From positions 17,980,001-18,044,000 of the forward strand of contig CP075493.1 in the NCBI GenBank assembly GCA_021613535.1: a DNA stretch of 64,000 nt, in the 5' to 3' direction. Below, piece after piece: positions 60,426 to 64,000 of the stretch; position 1 is the first letter of the stretch, and every line of letters begins with the position of its first letter. A model generated the notes under the pieces. It made no database searches. It was given only the letters and a program-made list of their open reading frames with translations, and was not told where the DNA came from. This DNA is from Adineta vaga. Taxonomy: Eukaryota > Animalia > Rotifera. Position numbers and translations under genes: made by a program.

Positions 60426-61307
60426 TTATTTGATAAATTTACGATGACAACATTTCCAAATATAATCTTTAATTTGTTTACGAGTCCATTGTTGTTCGAT
60501 TACTGATGCTAATGAAGTAACAGCAAGACATTTATGAATATCATTGTCAATATCATCATTCTTCAAATGTAAATATTGTGAAAAGGTGTATGCAATGGCA
60601 TATTCGAGACACCATTGTTCATTCAATGATTTCAATGGTCGGTGAGAACATGAACATAAAGGTCCGTCAATATTATGATAAGCAAGTATTTGTTTACAAT
60701 CTGTATTATGACCAAATGCTCTATTATACCATTGTTTAAAACTTTGTTGTATATCAATAACATGAACGAGACGATTAATATTATGAAAGAATAAATCATA
60801 ATAATTTAATGTTATTATAATATCGTCAATATTTCCCCATGTATTGATATGATTTCTATGATCGAATATAACTAGAAATAATTGATGAATTTGATGAAAT
60901 AAAACTGACGAATAACCAAACGATAATTTGATTGAAATCATAAATGATTGTGAATCTTGAATTAATTCTATTTGAATACTATCTCGAGGTAAATTAATTT
61001 GACCACAAAAAATCGTAAATTTAATTGTTTCTTTAGCCTCTTCAATCAATTCACCTACTGTTATAGGTGATGTTAAATCATCTATATGATAAGTTCTAAA
61101 TGATGTTAATGGCATAAAATCTGGTAGATCAATGATTTCTTTATTGGTTTTAGTTTCATCGATAGATGCCACAGATCTATTTAATAATTTACTTTCAAAA
61201 GATTTAATCAATGATGTTTCATTTTCTAGTTCACGACGATTTAAAATTATGTAGAGTAAACCAGATGATAATATTGATACGAATGAACAAATGATCATAT
61301 TTATCAA
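60426..61307 (-). CDS. Second DEDD/DnaQ-like exonuclease homolog, probably inactive, with N-terminal TM helix
   Basis: IQIELIQ, TWG, IDIQQSFKQWYN, CSCSHRPLK, WCLEYAIA and CLAVT. The ExoI position reads FTIFCG. Confidence 0.6.
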   Translation of the reverse strand: MINMIICSFVSILSSGLLYIILNRRELENETSLIKSFESKLLNRSVASIDETKTNKEIIDLPDFMPLTSFRTYHIDDLTSPITVGELIEEAKETIKFTIFCGQINLPRDSIQIELIQDSQSFMISIKLSFGYSSVLFHQIHQLFLVIFDHRNHINTWGNIDDIIITLNYYDLFFHNINRLVHVIDIQQSFKQWYNRAFGHNTDCKQILAYHNIDGPLCSCSHRPLKSLNEQWCLEYAIAYTFSQYLHLKNDDIDNDIHKCLAVTSLASVIEQQWTRKQIKDYIWKCCHRKFIK

Positions 61308-61384
61308 TAAGAATGAGCCATTATTGATATTGATTGAAAGCTTATTCCAATTGAAAGCCAGATAGATTAATATATGAAAAGTAA

Positions 61385-62564
61385 TCTTCTATATATATAA
61401 AGAAGAAAGTTTGTCTGTCTGTCTGTCTGTCTGTTCGCTATACATTCAGTCGCTGTAATAGCCACGATTACCAAACTTTCTATGATGCTTCCTTAGGTCC
61501 CAGGAAAGGTCGACATGGGGTTAGAATGGTCATCAGGGGGTGGGGCTGGGGAGCGTGGGTGAAATTTCACCCAGGCAGTTCAATGATAGCTAACATTCCC
61601 AAACTTTCCACAATGCTTCTCTAGGCCCACGGGAAGGTCGACATTTACTTTGTTTTAATAAAAATGAATTCTACGCTTTCTACGGGCAATCTATGAAACT
61701 GGCCAATAGGATTGCAGCATTTCAAAAACTTTAAATAATTCATAGCGAAGGCGGCCGAAGGCCGTCTGAGCGCACATCGACGATAATTTACACGTTCCGT
61801 ATCAAAATATATTGATTTAAGGGTGGGAATCGGTGTCTGGGTGAAACTTCACCCAAGTCGTATTGATTTTCAATTGTCGTTATTTTGGTAGAAACTTACA
61901 GAATGTGCTCCAGTTTTGAGGTTTTTTTATTTGATACTATTTATTTGCAATAAATGTGACAATTAAAGGTTCTTTAATCTATATCTATCTATCCATCTAT
62001 ATAATCTTCTATATATATATATAAAGAAGAAAGTTTGTTCGTTATGCATTCAGTCCCTGTAATAGCTAACGTCACCAAACTTTCCACAATGCTTCCCTCG
62101 ATCCAGAGGAAGGTCGACATGGGGTTAGAATGGCCATCAAGGGATGGGGAGGCGGCGTGTGTGAAATTTCGCTCTCAAGATGGCATATAGGAATCAGGGT
62201 GGGTGTGGGTGTCTGCATGTAGGATAGACAACTACAAAGTGTGGGTTGGATTCTCAAAAAAACTGAATCTGGAGTGAAATGACTACTCTACCTGTATAGA
62301 GTAGAAGTGAAGTTTATAAAGTAGAGAATGACTTGCAGCGGGACAGTGGGTGTAGAATGGGACTGGAGTTGCAGCGGGACAGTAGGAGTGGATTTAAAAG
62401 GAACAGAGCATTATGTCGTATGGATAGCGAGACAAGATAAGTAGAAAAGAACTAATGAAGAGATGTGAAAATTTCTGAGAAAATACCTGGTGCATGACGC
62501 GAAAAGCACTGTTGTAGAGGGAAAACGTAAATTATGCCCTCTTTGCAGCGGGTATCTCCGCTAG
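61385..62564 (+). mobile_element. Non-autonomous Helitron with duplicated 5' end
   Basis: A|TCTTCTATATATATAAAG 5' ends at 61385 and 62005, a (CTGT)n tract, a subterminal hairpin GCCCTCT-TTGC-AGCGGGT and a CTAG|T 3' end. Confidence 0.8.
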
Positions 62565-62972
62565 TAAGATATAATAATGAAAACAAATAAGTATGTAATG
62601 TTGCCATATACGTTAGGATAAACGAAAATATCTATAAATATCAAAAGAAAAATGAGTTCAAGTAACGAGAGTAAATAGAAAAGATGTTTATTGAATATAG
62701 AGAAAAATAAATGCGGAAAACCTCGGACTGAAATCCGAGTGTTATGTGTACTCTAAAAAGTAAAGACGATGACAAATCAGTTTTAATGAATTTATCTAAA
62801 ATAAAGCATCCTTGAGCGCACTAAGGAGCTTCCCCTTAGGCCCTGCGGATGCCCTCTTTTTGTCCCGTAGGACGTGGCGAGGAGTTAGTTCCACATGTTT
62901 AACTACTTGCATGAACGAAAAGTATGTTTTTTGTAGTTTTCTATATTTGTAATGAATACTTTGCTATCTATG

Positions 62973-64000
62973 TTATAAACTCATGTTTATTAAGTCGAAA
63001 TGTGGTACAAACTGAGGAGGATTATGTTGAAAAGGCAAAAGAGCATCATAATGTCTACCATTGTAATAAACACAAAGTCCTATTTTGTTTCTGTCAGATC
63101 TATATCCAAGATATATTAAATGACCACCTGCTGTTTGCTTATTAAATCGATCGATTAAGTCCTGTAAACTGATATTTGATGGAATATAACGTATTCTGTT
63201 TGGATCATTGTTAAACTTTACATAAGAATATATAGGATGAGATAGCGCTACAGACAAAGCTTGAATTTGCACTTCTCCTCCCCATACTGTATGTGTAGCA
63301 GTGTTTTCCAACTGCTCTTCAAGTGTATATCCCAGTGTGTTACAAAGTGTTCCGAAATAATCCATATGATTGGTCATTGCATTGAGTGCCAACCTCATTG
63401 AATGTGTTAGTTTCTCAGATCCAACATTCAATATCGAAAGAGAGCTATATAAACAATTTCCATCTGCAGCCGTACGTGTTCGAGCATAAACTGAATCAAA
63501 TGCCGGAACGGGATATTCTGATCGTGTTTCTAACCGCACAGATTTATCTTTATTTTGCATAGTTATAAACGGTGCTTTTTCAATTAAATCTTTGATTATT
63601 CGAGCTTGACTTGAAATTTGATTAGTGTCGATAACATTATCAAAACCAAATGTAAAAAGAAAACGATCAAGAATTTTCCTTGAATTGGAATCAACGATTT
63701 CAAAGTTCTCTGAAGAAGAGTTTTCTTCAATTTCCATCATATCAGATGACTCATTAACGCTGAGATCTTGTAATTGTAAAGACATATCTAAGTCAATCTG
63801 TTCGTTTTTATCGATTATATCATGACGGTCGAAAGCAATTTTGTTATCAACTTCCATTGCATCAGATTGATCATCATTAATATCAAAAGACATATTTGTA
63901 TGAATGTCTTTATTTTCATCAAAATGAATCTTAGCCAAAACTTTGTGTGTTCTTATCCATATTGGCTTATGAAAACTTGTTAAACTTTCAAAATAATCAG
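62973..64000 (-). CDS. OTU-family cysteine protease/deubiquitinase domain protein, 5'-incomplete
   Basis: ADGNCLYSSLS (D..C), WGGEVQIQALS and HYDALL (H.D). The frame remains open to the window edge. Confidence 0.85.
   Translation of the reverse strand, partial: DYFESLTSFHKPIWIRTHKVLAKIHFDENKDIHTNMSFDINDDQSDAMEVDNKIAFDRHDIIDKNEQIDLDMSLQLQDLSVNESSDMMEIEENSSSENFEIVDSNSRKILDRFLFTFGFDNVIDTNQISSQARIIKDLIEKAPFITMQNKDKSVRLETRSEYPVPAFDSVYARTRTAADGNCLYSSLSILNVGSEKLTHSMRLALNAMTNHMDYFGTLCNTLGYTLEEQLENTATHTVWGGEVQIQALSVALSHPIYSYVKFNNDPNRIRYIPSNISLQDLIDRFNKQTAGGHLIYLGYRSDRNKIGLCVYYNGRHYDALLPFQHNPPQFVPHFDLINMSL

Larger units (their letters stand above)
47203..61384 (-). mobile_element. Terminon-like giant Penelope-like (Athena) retroelement cluster; boundaries approximate
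   Basis: EN-less PLE RT, coiled-coil ORFs, DEDD-like and SGNH-like ORFs, hammerhead-bearing repeats between ORFs, and a 3' end abutting telomere-like repeats. Confidence 0.75.

Overview
AT-rich eukaryotic DNA with short GT-AG introns, most consistent with a bdelloid rotifer subtelomeric region (inferred from the Athena/Terminon-type retroelement and TGAGGG repeats). The left 44 kb is the 3' part of one giant spliced non-ribosomal peptide synthetase (NRPS) gene on the + strand. It has six tandem units of six exons each (C1-A-T-C2, about 1,616 aa per unit) that splice in frame into one another across 1.1-3.0 kb phase-1 introns. The last unit ends in a thioesterase that closely resembles the ACV-synthetase (PcbAB, beta-lactam pathway) TE. 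C and T sequences and even introns are mostly near-identical between units, but the adenylation substrate pocket is swapped in patches, giving five different specificity codes in six modules. The long introns carry a MULE remnant, a foldback and a MITE. Downstream are a 666-bp-arm inverted repeat with a nested MITE and telomere-like TGAGGG repeats. These are followed by a minus-strand Terminon-like cluster: endonuclease-less Athena RT expressed by -1 frameshift from a coiled-coil ORF1, hammerhead-ribozyme pLTRs, split ORF1 paralogs, two apparently inactive DEDD exonuclease-like ORFs and an apparently inactive SGNH esterase. A non-autonomous Helitron and an OTU-domain ORF running off the right edge close the window. 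All similarity calls come from motif recognition; no search was run.
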